A DNA stretch of 63,458 nucleotides, filler included, from Nemertoderma westbladi (taxonomy: Eukaryota; Animalia; Xenacoelomorpha): assembly GCA_032718475.1 (NCBI GenBank). It is 4 parts of 4 records of this genome, joined end to end, with 100 filler letters (N's around TTAATTAATTAA, not from the genome) between each part and the next. Parts side by side here need not be neighbours in the genome. Positions count along the whole stretch, not along the records: positions 23,358 to 48,873 come from JAUCBJ010002404.1; positions 48,974 to 59,694 come from JAUCBJ010004901.1; 2 more parts are not named here. One strand, written 5' to 3'. The position numbers and the translations under genes are program-made. Positions 38,956-51,212 of the stretch are shown piece after piece (position 1 is the first letter of the stretch; the number at the start of each line of letters is the position of its first letter). The notes beneath the pieces were generated by a model. It was not told where the DNA came from. It saw only the letters and a list, made by a program, of their open reading frames with translations, and did no database searches.

Positions 38956-41098
38956 ATTATCCATGTCACAGCATTCACATTTACTTCACATAAACATTTA
39001 CTTCACTTCTTGTTTACTCGCATGGATATATTGATATAAAACACTTCAGCATAATATCTTATAGGGCCAAACGCAGATTAATAGGAATAATATGTTTAAT
39101 TATTATTACAATTGGCACATTGAAGTAAGTAGTACATGAGTTTGATAAAATAATTATGAATCTGTATCTCATTCTACTTTGTCTATATGATTATGTTATA
39201 TAATAATGTTACTTTATCACTTTGGTTTAAACCGATCTCCTTTACTATTACTTACTACTTATACTACTACTACTACTACTATTACTACTACTACTACTCA
39301 CTACTACAGAGTTATATATTATAAGAGGAGGGGGTTCGTGATTATTAGTTATTATACAAGTGCCCCTCGGCTATAGAGAGTCCACCCTCGGTTGCTTACT
39401 GGATGCACTCCCTGACGCCTGCACCATGCACACCTAGCAGGAGCAGGCCTAGTTTTATTTGGATCAGGTCTCAGGCTGTCAGGAATAATATACGGTACTG
39501 TGTACTGCTGTCTGTACTGTATTGCAGTATTCCATATTCTGGTATTGTACTGTTGTACAGTTGTAGGCCTATAAACATAGCACGTCACGTAGCAGTTCAG
39601 CAGTTATAGATAGCACATACCCGCATACCATAGTACCGTTCCGTAATACCGAGTACCGTTAGCGATAGCACCTATTTCAGTATTTAAAAGTTTGCATGTG
39701 CGCCGAAGGCCGAACTGCCGAATACATATGGCGCAGAAGAAATCGGCACAGCCCACAGCTCATCAGCTCATTCAACACACAAGTCCCTAAAACAGTAAAA
39801 GGTGCCACCCTGCTCCATAGCGCGGGAAATTCAAATGATTGAAAGACATGTAATTTGTACTGGAAAGGGTGGCAGATCAGATCTGCCACCTATATTTTGG
39901 CGGTAAATTCAAATCTGTTTTAACATTGAATACATGAATAGAGTAGAGTAAGACTAATGTAATTCTTTGAATCAGAATAAATTATTTCTTATCGGTCTGT
40001 CGGTTTAACTCACTCCTCCGTCCGTTATTGTTGTTGTTTTATCTATTCTGGGGCTTCGAGCAGCACGTGAACAACTATAAGCTGACTGGTTAACTAGTCT
40101 GGGACTTCGAGGAGCACGTGAACAATGCCCTTTAATACTTTATTAGAAGATTATCTTTATCTGTTTATTAGTACATTATTACTTTTTAGACTTTACTAGA
40201 ACTTTATTACCCTTACTTCCAGTTCCAGAGCGATGACATGAAAACTTTTCTACCTTGTAATTGGTAGGCCTATATTTTCTAGTTCCTCTAGATTTAATAC
40301 ATTTTGATGTACTTCCTTCCACACCCAACTTCCACTCATGGCTGCATGGAACTCATTGTAAGTATCGAAGTTTACCGTTTGTACTGAACATGCAATACAG
40401 CAATAGGTACCGTGATTGGCATGTACATTGTACATGATAAATTATATCGCACTGACTGCCAAATGTGTCACTACAAAGTCAACATTGTACTATTCCCTGT
40501 TTCGGTTTAAGTTGCTCATTTAGGATTACAGTTTCTGAGGTAGTGGTAGCGGGTTGTATTTTGTCACAAGTTACTAGGCCTAAAGAATAAGAATGTTCAT
40601 TCATAATAATATTTTATCATATTATACTGTATGTCATAGACAAATAGCAGTATAGGCAGAGGCATTATCCATTATGCACCTATTGTTATTACAGTAGGCC
40701 TACTGCACATGCAGTAGCATTAGCAGTAGCTACTACATTAAGGAGTTTACAGTATGAAGTCTACTGCTCTAGATCCTTGACCTTTTAGTACGTACCCACG
40801 TACATTATGCAGCACACACGGTATACAGTTTGTGATGGAAATATGATAATTCTGTAATTTGAATCAACCACCAAAAATATATAAATTCACTGCGCCTTTC
40901 TCAGTTTCTATCATCTATCTACTTGAAATCTACTATTAATATACTAGGTAGGCCTATAAGTGTATAATTGTTATAATTATAATGTTCTGATGTCAAGCAA
41001 ATAATAAATGTTCTTTACATTTTACTGGGATAGAAGTTAAGCTAAATCCCCCGACCCCCCCCCCCCCCCCCCCCCCCCCTCCTCTATTTTCAATTTTG

Positions 41099-41802
41099 CT
41101 CGAAGTCCCAGACTAGTTAACCAGTCAGTTTAGTTTTTCACGTGCTGCTCGAAGTCCCACACTAGTTAACCAGCCAGCTTAGTTGTTCACGTGCTGCTCG
41201 AAGTCCCACACTAGTTAACCAGCCAGCTTAGTTGTTCACGTGCTGCTCGAAGTCCCAGACTCGTTAACCAGTCAGCTTAGTTGTACACGCGCTGCTCGAA
41301 GTCCCAGACTAGTTAACCAGTCAGCTTAGTTGTACACGTGCTGCTCGAAGTCCCAGACTAGTTAACCAGTCAGCTTAGTTGTACACGTGCTGCTCGAAGT
41401 TCCAGACTAGTTAACCAGTCAGCTTAGTTGTTCATGTGCTGCTCGAAGTCCCAGACTAGTTAACCAGCCAGCTTAGTTGTTCACGTGCTGCTCGAAGTCC
41501 CAGACTAGTTAACCAGTCAGCTTAGTTGTTCACGTGCTGCTCGAAGTCCCAGACTCGTTAACCAGTCAGCTTAGTTGTACACGCGCTGCTCGAAGTTCCA
41601 GACTAGTTAACCAGTCAGCTTAGTTGTTCACGTGCTGCTCGAAGTCCCAGACTAGTTAACCAGCCAGCTTAGTTGTTCACGTGCTGCTCGAAGTCCCAGT
41701 CCCAGACTAGTTAACCAGTCAGCTTAGTTGTTCTCGTGCTGCTCGAAGCTCCAGTCTAGTTAACCAGTCAGCTTAGTTGTTCACGTGCTGCTCCAAGTCC
41801 CA
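41099..41802. repeat. 49-bp tandem repeat, about 14 copies
   Basis: Unit CTCGAAGTCCCAGACTAGTTAACCAGTCAGCTTAGTTGTTCACGTGCTG; about 1.5 inverted units at 40050-40125. Confidence 0.95.
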
Positions 41803-41837
41803 GAATAGATAAAACAACAACAATAACGGATGAGTGA

Positions 41838-42642
41838 CTCCCAGACTGGAATCTCTCGGCTTTTTCGGGGAGATCTCCGGCGCACACAAGCAAGCACCGG
41901 TCCACGCCGGCGTAGAAACTAATGCCTCGGCGTCGGCGCAGCCAAGGAATTAGAAAACTAAACTGCGAAACACAAACCAGTGCTGTACGGTACGTAGTCG
42001 GTAGACCTAGTTTTAAACCATTTTCGTCGCATAAAAGGAACAAAACTTGGTTGAAAACTAACCCACCAACAACATTATAGCACTGCGCCAATGCCCTGGC
42101 TACATGATATAATACAGAGCACACAGAGGCAATACAGCACTTTAACTGTCTAACAATACTATCCGTGTATCTTGCTGTCTTATCTAATGTAATTTTTCAT
42201 TCTGTTATTTACAAGATGTCAAGTGTGTATGTGTATATCTACTGTAATTTCTTTGGTTGGCGTAAAGTCTGTGTCGGTTGGCGCAAATTATTCTACGCAC
42301 GGCGCACCTCCGGCGTGCAATACATAGAGATTCCAGTCCAGTCTTTGCCAGGCTTTGTCAGCCCAGTGGTTGCATTGAATTCACATCTCCTGTAGGTCGT
42401 GGGTTCGATCCTCACATGGGCCAGGGCAGTTTTCGTTTCGGCACGAATGCTTTAAAAGGACCAGCCAGGGCGCATCGCTACCTTGCATCCCTAAGTGGTA
42501 GCTTAATGAGTACTGGATTTTCCTCTGGGGAGTAAAATTCTGGGGGGACCGCACTGGAAATAAATCGTCAGACTTTGTGCGTAATCCCCGGCCTAGCGGC
42601 CGAAGAAAATTTACTTTACTTTTACTTTTTACAGTCTGGGAG
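41838..42642. mobile_element. Small TIR element with 3-bp TSD, inserted in the right TIR of the preceding element
   Basis: TIR CTCCCAGACTGGAATCTCT; right TIR split by a SINE (AGAGATTCCAGTC at 42326-42338, CAGTCTGGGAG at 42632-42642); TGA on both flanks. Confidence 0.7.
42345..42631 (+). mobile_element. tRNA-derived SINE, apparently full length
   Basis: Degenerate A box (CAGCCCAGTGG), B box GGTTCGATCC at 42402-42411, (TTTAC)n tail, flanking CAGTCT duplication. Confidence 0.78.
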
Positions 42643-43153
42643 TGAGTTAAACCGATAAGAAATAATTTATTCTGATTCAGTCTTACTCTATCTGTCTATT
42701 GATGTATTCAATGTTAAAACAGATTTGAATTTCCCGCCAAAATATAGGTGGTAGATCTGATCTGCCACTCTTTCCAGTACAAATTACAATATATCTTTCA
42801 TTCATTTGAATTTCCCGCGCTATGGAGCAGGGTGGCACCTTTTAGGGACTTGTGCTCATGCAGCTGCACAGGAGAGAAAGGTTTTAGCAAGTAGCCTACT
42901 GATCTCAGGATCTGAAGCACTCCGGAAGTAATGACCTAACCTGTCAGGGTTAGCCTGTGCCGGTACTCTATGCAGCTACAGAGCTATGCTTGGGTAAATC
43001 TTTTCGACCTACGCGTAGCTACGCGTAGTTCGCAACATTGGGTCATATATCACCAGTTTCAGAGTTTTTACAATAACTACGCGTAGGTGCTACGCGTAGC
43101 TACGCGTAGGTGCTACGCGTAGCTACGCGTAGGTCCTACGCGACCTACGCATA

Positions 43154-45624
43154 CCCTGCAAACAATGTATTGTTAAAAAGCTGTTACTAAAATGTTATTT
43201 AATGACATAGATAACATTATTTCAAATTGTTAGATTAATGATAAAAAAACTGTAAATTGGCCAAGAAATATGACGTTATATACTAACGTTATTATTTCGT
43301 TTTTAATAACATTAAAATAACAAAGCCAGGATGGTTACATATATCATTACTTTTATGTTATTCCTTATCATTATTATTGTATTTTTAATGACATTAAAAT
43401 AACAACGGCATAATGTTATTTAGATCGTTACTGTTATGTTATTTCTTAACTTAAAAATATTGTTTGCTAAAAACGTAACATTAAATTTACGTGCAATTAA
43501 GCCCTTCTCTCATGTTTTATGGTTCGCTTGCTCTCAAACTAATAATCCCCCTCCATTGCCGTTCTTTATTATCGTTCTTTGTAATTGCCAAACCCTTTAT
43601 TGAATAATTAATTAATAATTTCCCTACGCATGTTGATATGGTAGTGGCAGGCTACAATCTCTAACACAGTTTGATTGAATACAATTTTGTTGTAGGCAAT
43701 TGTATGCAAATTAATAACAATTAAAACGTATAACATGAATTGAATATTTTGTATAATGACCAGTCAGAAACAAATAATGAAATAAGCAGCAAAATCAAAG
43801 TAAAATATCACAGAATAAGTAAACAACAAATATATGGCTGTATGGCCCAATTACGTAAATGGTTTTGATATTTCGGTTAAAGTTAATCACAGACTTAAAA
43901 AGAATATGTTTATGACGTAATAATAAGTGATAACAACATAATGAATTGCATCAATTAAAATACTTTGAGTTAATATTATTCACTAGATTTATAGATCTGA
44001 TTTGTAGTCTATATAAAATAATGTAGATAGATAGATATGTTTATTGACAATTTACATATGCGATACAAATAATATCAAATATAATACTGCACAAAACCTT
44101 TACGATAATTAGTTATTGACACAGTTATATAAATTGTCCAGTAGATTTTTGAAACTGTCTATTTTGTCTTGAGAACTTTAGCGAATACTAAAATTATTTG
44201 AACGTAATTTAACACAAAAATAACAAACAAACCGACATAATAAACCTGAATATCTAGTGAATGGTAATAACCTACGCTTAACATTACTGACTCTATATAC
44301 CTACACATTTGTTCAATATTATCCATATTACCATTGAAAAAGATACATATACATGTACATATAGTGGGTTTAATAAATAATACCTCACAACAATGTTAAA
44401 TTTATTAAAAGGAGCAGGTTACAGTTGGCTACAGAGGCACATATACAGATTTATTTCTGGGAGAGTAATCAGTACTTATTTGAATCGATATCTCCCTGGA
44501 GAGGGATGATTTTGATTGCATCGCAAATCCTCCCTATCTGAACAAATCATATTTAAAAAATTAAATGTTAATTATAATTATAATTATAGCTGAGTGAGCT
44601 TCATTTATTAAACTGTAAAAATAAATCAATAGGCCTAGGCCCTACAAAAGTACAATCTAAAAACTGAAACAATAAATAGTTTGTAATAACAGTTAATGTG
44701 AAGTTTTCAAATCGAAATCGAATCGAAAGTTTTGTAGTAATGCTGTCCCTGTGCCCTGCCCCTTCAACTGAAAACTGGGACCTCCCAATAATAAGAATTC
44801 CAATCTGTAGTCCTCGGCTGTTGAAATCCACCATCAGTACAGACAAATAAGTCAATCCTCCACCTGTCAGTGCTGGTTTAAGGGGACTTCCTGGTCCTGG
44901 CAGCCTTGAATTCTGTAATTGGTAGGTCTAATGAAGTAATGTGTGAATCCAGAGGGTAAAGGCGAACTCGCATTCAGGTAGATATGTTTTATTTATGAGT
45001 TTAGGTTAAATAAATCACAAAACCAAAACTATAAAACCAAAAATATGAGCTACTGTACACTGTACAGTGCAGTAGGCCTACAGTAACTACAATACAGCAC
45101 TACAGTAATATAAAGATAGGCCTTGCAGTACAGCAGTATAACAATACATATACGCAATAAACATTGAATACAGGCATGCCAGAATGAGTATTGTACAACA
45201 TACCATACTGTGTACTATTTTACATGTGGAAAATTCCTCCATTACCGCCAATTTTAAAATTAGCCAATCATCAATCTCAGATTAGATAATAGAAGTGACA
45301 GCAGCGTCTATCGCATAATGTTTATTTTATGTGACAAAATAACATTGTTCTGATATGTAACAAACCATGTTCTTAAAATGTTAGAACTAAACACTTATAA
45401 AACATTTTTGACTAATGTTTATGTTCTCACATTAAAATTACGTTTTTCTAACATCAACAGTTATCATTTATTTAATGTCTGACAAAGACATTATAGAGTA
45501 ATGTTAAAATAACATATATTGAACATCTAAATATTCTATCAAACAAGGGAATGACATTTATCAACATTTATAACAAATTAATGATGTTTTTCTGACATTC
45601 CTCGAAAGTAAATTGTTTGCAGGG
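43154..45624. mobile_element. EnSpm/CACTA-like (animal CCC-type) non-autonomous element
   Basis: TIR CCCTGCAAACAAT; 2-bp TSD TA; interrupts a host CTACGC(G)TAGGTG repeat; AACATT/AATGTT-rich subtermini. Confidence 0.8.
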
Positions 45625-45721
45625 TAGGTGCTACCCATAACTATGCCTATACGTCAGTACGTCGTTTATCATTAGTAGGCTTACGTATTCCAAGCGAGTC
45701 AGTACTAAAATAAGACACAAT

Positions 45722-47265
45722 CCCAGGTAGCACAAATACGTAAATTTACGGTAAATTTACGTTCATTATTCGTCCAGACGTTCTGGATTTATGTTCATAT
45801 GACGTTGTATTTCTCCCATAAGATGCTATTGATGCTAAACGTTCAATAGTTCAAAGTTGGCCGTCAGAAGTACCGTAATATGAACGGGCAATTGAACGTA
45901 AAAGAGACCACAGGCAATCTATGTTCAAATGACGTGTTCACTAGACGTTCATTTCTGGTGTGTTATAGGTCCATATTAGGTTGAATAAACGTAAAAATTT
46001 AACGTGAGACCAACCAATCACTGTTTGTTGGTGCATGTTCTGTGTAGAGAGGGGATGGGGGGGGGGGGTAGCCTACCTTATCCAATCCCTACACCCTATC
46101 CTACGGCCCTACACCTACAATACCCTATACATTTAGAGAAGGAAGCATCAGAGTATATATGAAATTATTTAATCGATAGTGATATAAGAGTATCCATGAA
46201 ATATTATGGTGATGATCCACAAATTCACATTGGATTAGTTAGATTTCTGTATTTTATCTTATTTCCAGCCAAAATAGATTATTCATATTGATGAATCTTA
46301 AAAAAATTAATTAATTTTATGACCTTATAATTGATATTTTAAATTTTGTATCTATGCAATAAGGCAATAATACATACAAAAAGCAATTGAAACGTAAGAA
46401 AGGTTTATATAATATGATAAATTTGTAAAATAAAAAATAATGTTTTGCGATTAAAAAAATTACCCTACGCATGATAGAAGTTTGAACATTCCAACGCCCA
46501 TATATCCGATTTATCTTAACAAAATGTAATGGTATTTGGTCAGTTGGTATCAAAATAGACAAACTTTTGCGGTTTTCTTTGTTTGATATTTTCTTGGTTC
46601 AAAAGGCCTAATATATTCTAATAATTTTATTAAAATTTTTCGTGACATAGTACTAGTGTATTAGCTTTAGTAATCAGTAGAATCACCTTTGTCTAATTTT
46701 GATGTTATTTGTTGTTTAAAATGTTTAAAAATGCGTCAGCATTGTATTGGTTATCAATGTTTTGTTGTGTGAATAATTTTTCGATTACTTAAAGTAATTG
46801 TTTTGTATTGAGAATGAACCATTAGTCCAGATATAACTAAGCGGAACCACACCAACCATACAAGTAGTAGGCTAACCAACATAAAAAATAATTGCACAAT
46901 AATAAATAGTCAGATAATTGTATCACGAACAAGTTTGAACATGCCATTGACATAACAAGTTAAAGTAAATTATGTTTGAACGTTCATAAATGTTCAAACA
47001 ACGTACATATTTAGGTACAAAGAAATGAACGCATAACTGGACGCAATTTGAACGTTCAATATTCGTTTGTTTTGGTACATATTCAATTTCTTTAAAGTTA
47101 GGACGTTAAATTACCTAATGTGAACGTCACAATTTGGTAAATTACTCACAACGTCAGCAATGTTTACCTATTTTGAACAATATTTCATTGATGTTCAGAT
47201 TCGCATAAAAAAAGTACCAAATATGAACGTTCAATTTCTTTCATGGACGTCCTGTGCTACCTGGG
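45722..47265. mobile_element. EnSpm/CACTA-like (animal CCC-type) non-autonomous element
   Basis: TIR CCCAGGTAGCACA; 2-bp TSD AT; GAACGTTC-rich subtermini. Confidence 0.8.
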
Positions 47266-48873
47266 ATACGGTATGTTCAATAAACAACCCACAACCATCA
47301 AATGCTTTCAACAGTAATGTATCCTATACCTGTATACTCTATATAGAGGAATACGCGAGAACTACATATTCTTCAATTCATGCGTTGCGGGCGGTAAAAT
47401 GTGTTAATAATTAATGTTTAGAGTTCAAAAATAGTTTACAAAGGAAATAGGCCGATGGTTCTTATCGATTCTCTATGCTTTTTATTGCCTTTGTTCACGA
47501 TAGGGCAAGGATACTGTATTTAATATGTTAACCCCTTGACAAGGGAAGGGGGAGACTAAATTGTCTACCATGATTGGTTGCACTTGTCTTTTGACCAAAC
47601 AATTTGATTATATGCAGTATTTATCAGCTTTCGCTTAGCTCTTCACCAGTAGACTGGTCGCTTTATTTACTACTGTTCAATATTTAAATAATCCAATGGA
47701 AACAAAGATACTTGAATCATGAGACGTGAATTTCAAGTTTACTTTTTATTCATCCTCTGTGTTTGTATGTGAAAGAGCCGAATATTATTTATTACCAGTG
47801 CTGTATGTAGAGATATGAGTTTCCGATTCCGTTATTACATTTGTCTGATAATCAGATACCTGACATATACCGATACTTGCCTAACAACTCAACCCTACCG
47901 GACCTGAAATGAAAAATCATTGTTATCAGGACTGCTACGCGTAGCACCTACGCGTAGCTACGCGTAGCACCTGCGCGTAGTTTCAAAATACCTACGCGTA
48001 GTTCCAAAATAACTACGCGTAGTTTTAAAACACCTACGCGTAGTTGTTAAAAAGGCAGTAAGTCTGGCCCTACCGGTAAATGACAGGAATGGAAGTTACA
48101 AACTACGCGTAGCTACGCGTAGGCCTACGCGTAGGTCGAAAAGATTTACCCCTATGCTTTACACTCTTACTCGACAGCTTAATGCTGCAATGTAACCTAA
48201 AAAACTGACCTAGTACTGTAGTAGTACTACTGTACTACAGTATGGTGGCCCATGAGTATCATAACAAAAAAATATATTTATATAATTTTAAATGAAATAA
48301 AAAAACTAATTTTAAAATGCATATGAAAAAAATTCAAACAAAAAATAAAATGCAATTTAAAATGTATTTTAAAGTCGATTTCAAAACGATTTTTAAAAGG
48401 CATTTTAAAACGCATTCACAACACGCAGCCCATGAGTATCATAACAGACTGTCGTAATGGTAGCTGGCCCAGGAGTATCATATCGAACTGTCAGAGGATA
48501 GGCCTAACATGCGCATGCGCGCGCATGCGCATACGGCAGGCTACCTAGTTCCCTTGCTGCCAGCTGTAGAGTACCGGTAGTGCACTACTGTTGAACTGCA
48601 CTAGACAGAATCAGAACAGCAGAAGTCAGCTAGTGCAGTAGTGGTATCGGTTCTGCGGTTGTGGCACTTGTGGCAAGGCCCTAGGCGTACCGGTACCTGT
48701 AACTGAATAAGCTCTTTGCTTTGAGTATGCTGAGCGTAGAAAAGCACTATAACTAACTGTATAAGACTATGGCAGTTCGCAGTATGGCTATATAAATACA
48801 GAAATACCCAGGCTATTATTAGCCTATAGCAGTATAGGGCTGTAGGGTGACCAGTGACCACTGATAGATTGCA

Positions 48874-48973
48874 NNNNNNNNNNNNNNNNNNNNNNNNNNN
48901 NNNNNNNNNNNNNNNNNTTAATTAATTAANNNNNNNNNNNNNNNNNNNNNNNNNNNNNNNNNNNNNNNNNNNN
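48874..48973. other. Assembly gap with artificial linker
   Basis: 44 N + TTAATTAATTAA + 44 N. Confidence 0.97.
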
Positions 48974-50037
48974 GAGGACCTTTTGGGTCAAACAATTGAG
49001 GAAGAAGGTAAAGCGGTAGTGGGGCAGTGCCAGACCTGCCGACGAGCGAAGAAGGAGCGAGCCATACAGGAGATGGCACCACTAACGGCGCGGCGAGTAG
49101 GGTAAGACAGCACGACCCGCCATTTACACATTGCGGTGTGGAAATGTTCGGGCCGATAAAGATCAAGGTGATGCGGCACACGGAGAAACGCTACGGTATT
49201 ATCTTCGTATGTAATAACACGCGGGCGGTAGGGATAGAACTCGCCCAAGATGCAACCGCATCGGCATTCATTAATGCCTTAGAGAGGTTTAGAGACCGCA
49301 AAGGTGGGACGATTGCAGTAATATACTCCGACAACGGAACCAACTTTGTGGGGGCGGAGAATGAGATGGCAGAGGCCTTGGATATCCTGGAAGGAGAGGA
49401 AGTCAGGGCAGCCATGAGGCGACGACAAGTAAAGTGGGAGAGGAGGACGCCGTATGCACCACATACCCTAGGATGCGTCGAGAGACTAGTGGGTAGTTCG
49501 AAGCGTCTGATGACGAAGTTGATGAACACCCATATGGTCCCGAAGGATGTGCTAAGGACAGTACTTGCGAAGTGTGAGGGTATCATTAATAGCAGACCGC
49601 TATATCCAGAGAATTGTGACCCTGAGTCACTAGACGTGCTGACGCCCAGCCATTTCCTAATGGAAAGACCAGCAACCATCGACATGCGGGGTGTAGACCC
49701 AGATGACATACACTCACGCCAGAGTTGGAAAGTCACTAAGGCGATAAGCGCAGAATATTGGAGAAGATGGGTTGAGGATTACCTACCCACGCTTCACAGA
49801 AGAAGTAAGTGGAGGAAGACGAACAGAGAGCTGAAAGTGGGTGATCTCGTGATGGTCACGGATGATACTATCATCAACAACCAGTGGCGGTTGGCGAGAG
49901 TTGTAGGCACTTACTCCGATGAGGACGGAAGAGTCCGATCGGTAGAAGTGCAGATAGGTGGCAAGATAGGTGCGAAAGACAGGAAAACCTACAGACGGGC
50001 TGTAGGAAAGTGTTATCTTCTAGAGGGAGCACCTTAG
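48974..50037 (+). pseudogene. BEL/Pao pol C-terminus: integrase plus DUF5641-like domain
   Basis: CQTC, EMAPL, PFTHCGVEMFGP (first catalytic D reads E), SDNGTNFVGA, ERLVGSSKR, INSRPL, LTPSHFL, WRRWVEDYL, WRLARV, DGRVRSV; frameshifts near the 5' end. Confidence 0.92.
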
Positions 50038-50179
50038 TGTAGAGTATGAAAGAAGTTTAATCGTCCAAATTTTGGACTGAGGGGGGTGGGATTGAGGGCG
50101 AGACGCCCTTCCCACACAAAAAATAAAATAAAAAATAATAAATATAAATGATAGATACGCAGTAAGTAGGCAGATAGAA

Positions 50180-50700
50180 GTTAGTTAGTTGAGTTAGATA
50201 GAGGATAGTAAGAGGGTACGTAGTACCATTAGTTAGTTGAGTTAGATAGAGGTTAGTAAGAGGGTACGTAGTACCATTAGTTAGTTAGTTAGTTGAGTTA
50301 GATAGAGGTTAGTAAGAGGGTACGTAGTACCGTTAGTTAGTTAGAGAGAGTAAGAGTTAGAGGGTACATAGTACCGTTAGTTAGAGAGAGTAAGAGTTAG
50401 AGGGTACGTAGTACCGTTAGTTAGTTAGAGAGAGTAAGAGTCAGAGGGCACGTAGTACTGTTAGTTAGTTAGAGAGAGTAAGAGTTAGAGGGTACGTAGT
50501 ACCGTTAGTTAGAGAGAGTAAGAGTTAGAGGGTACGTAGTACCGTTAGTTAGTTAGAGAGAGTAAGAGTCAGAGGGTACGTAGTACCGTTAGTTAGTTAG
50601 AGAGAGTAAGAGTTAGAGGGTACGTAGTACCATTAGTTAGAGAGAGTAAAAGTTAGAGGGTACGTAGTACCGTTAGTTAGTTAGGGAGAGTTAGAAGTTA
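50180..50700. repeat. 40-44-bp tandem repeat inside the LTR element, about 12 copies
   Basis: Unit (GTTA)2-3 GAGAGAGTAAGAGTTAGAGGGTACGTAGTACC. Confidence 0.92.
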
Positions 50701-51212
50701 GTAAGAAAGCAGTACTAGTTAGTAAGAGATACAGGTAGAGGGGTATATATAGTATAGATATTAGTCAGTAGTTAGTAGCGAGAGGGGGGCATATGAGTAT
50801 AGCTGGATAAATCGTGTAGGCCGCGCGATGCATACTGTTGTACTGCACAAGCCCACAGAGTAGGCCAGAATGTGGATTATGAAATAGAATGATCCATAGG
50901 CAATAGTAAGTAGTAGGACAGTAGAACTAAAATTAGATTGAAAATAAAATAAAAATAGGGCTGAAAAATTAACAAATTACGGTAACAGTAGAAAAGGAAA
51001 TTCTGGAACATAATTAAAGCAACGGACAAAAATTGTGATTTAGGCTACATTTAGTAGCTTCATAATTAAGTAGTGTAAAAAATAGGCAATAACTCAGAAA
51101 TTCAGAGAGAGATAGGCCATCGAACTGAAATAAACCATCTAAACCTATCACTCATCCTATAGCGCCTTGGTAAGGCACCACCCAAAGGGTGAGCGATCGG
51201 GCAAAGTTCGAG

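Larger units (their letters stand above)
39778..42854. mobile_element. Long-TIR non-autonomous DNA element (CAC...GTG termini)
   Basis: 39778-40015 is inverted at 42643-42854, and 40016-40125 is inverted at about 41700-41835; TSD unclear. Confidence 0.78.
42992..48151. mobile_element. TIR DNA element with 8-bp TSD (Merlin- or hAT-like), hosting two nested elements
   Basis: 27-bp TIR GGGTAAATCTTTTCGACCTACGCGTAG; exact TSD CTATGCTT (42984-42991, 48152-48159); many palindromic CTACGCGTAG subterminal motifs. Confidence 0.88.

Noticed and set aside
41099-41802. Regular repeat array resembling CRISPR (also 50180-50700 and 56122-58265)
   Set aside because: Units are contiguous with no unique spacers, there are no cas genes, and the context is eukaryotic
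42345-42430. tRNA gene
   Set aside because: B box present but no cloverleaf; it continues into a SINE body, tail and TSD
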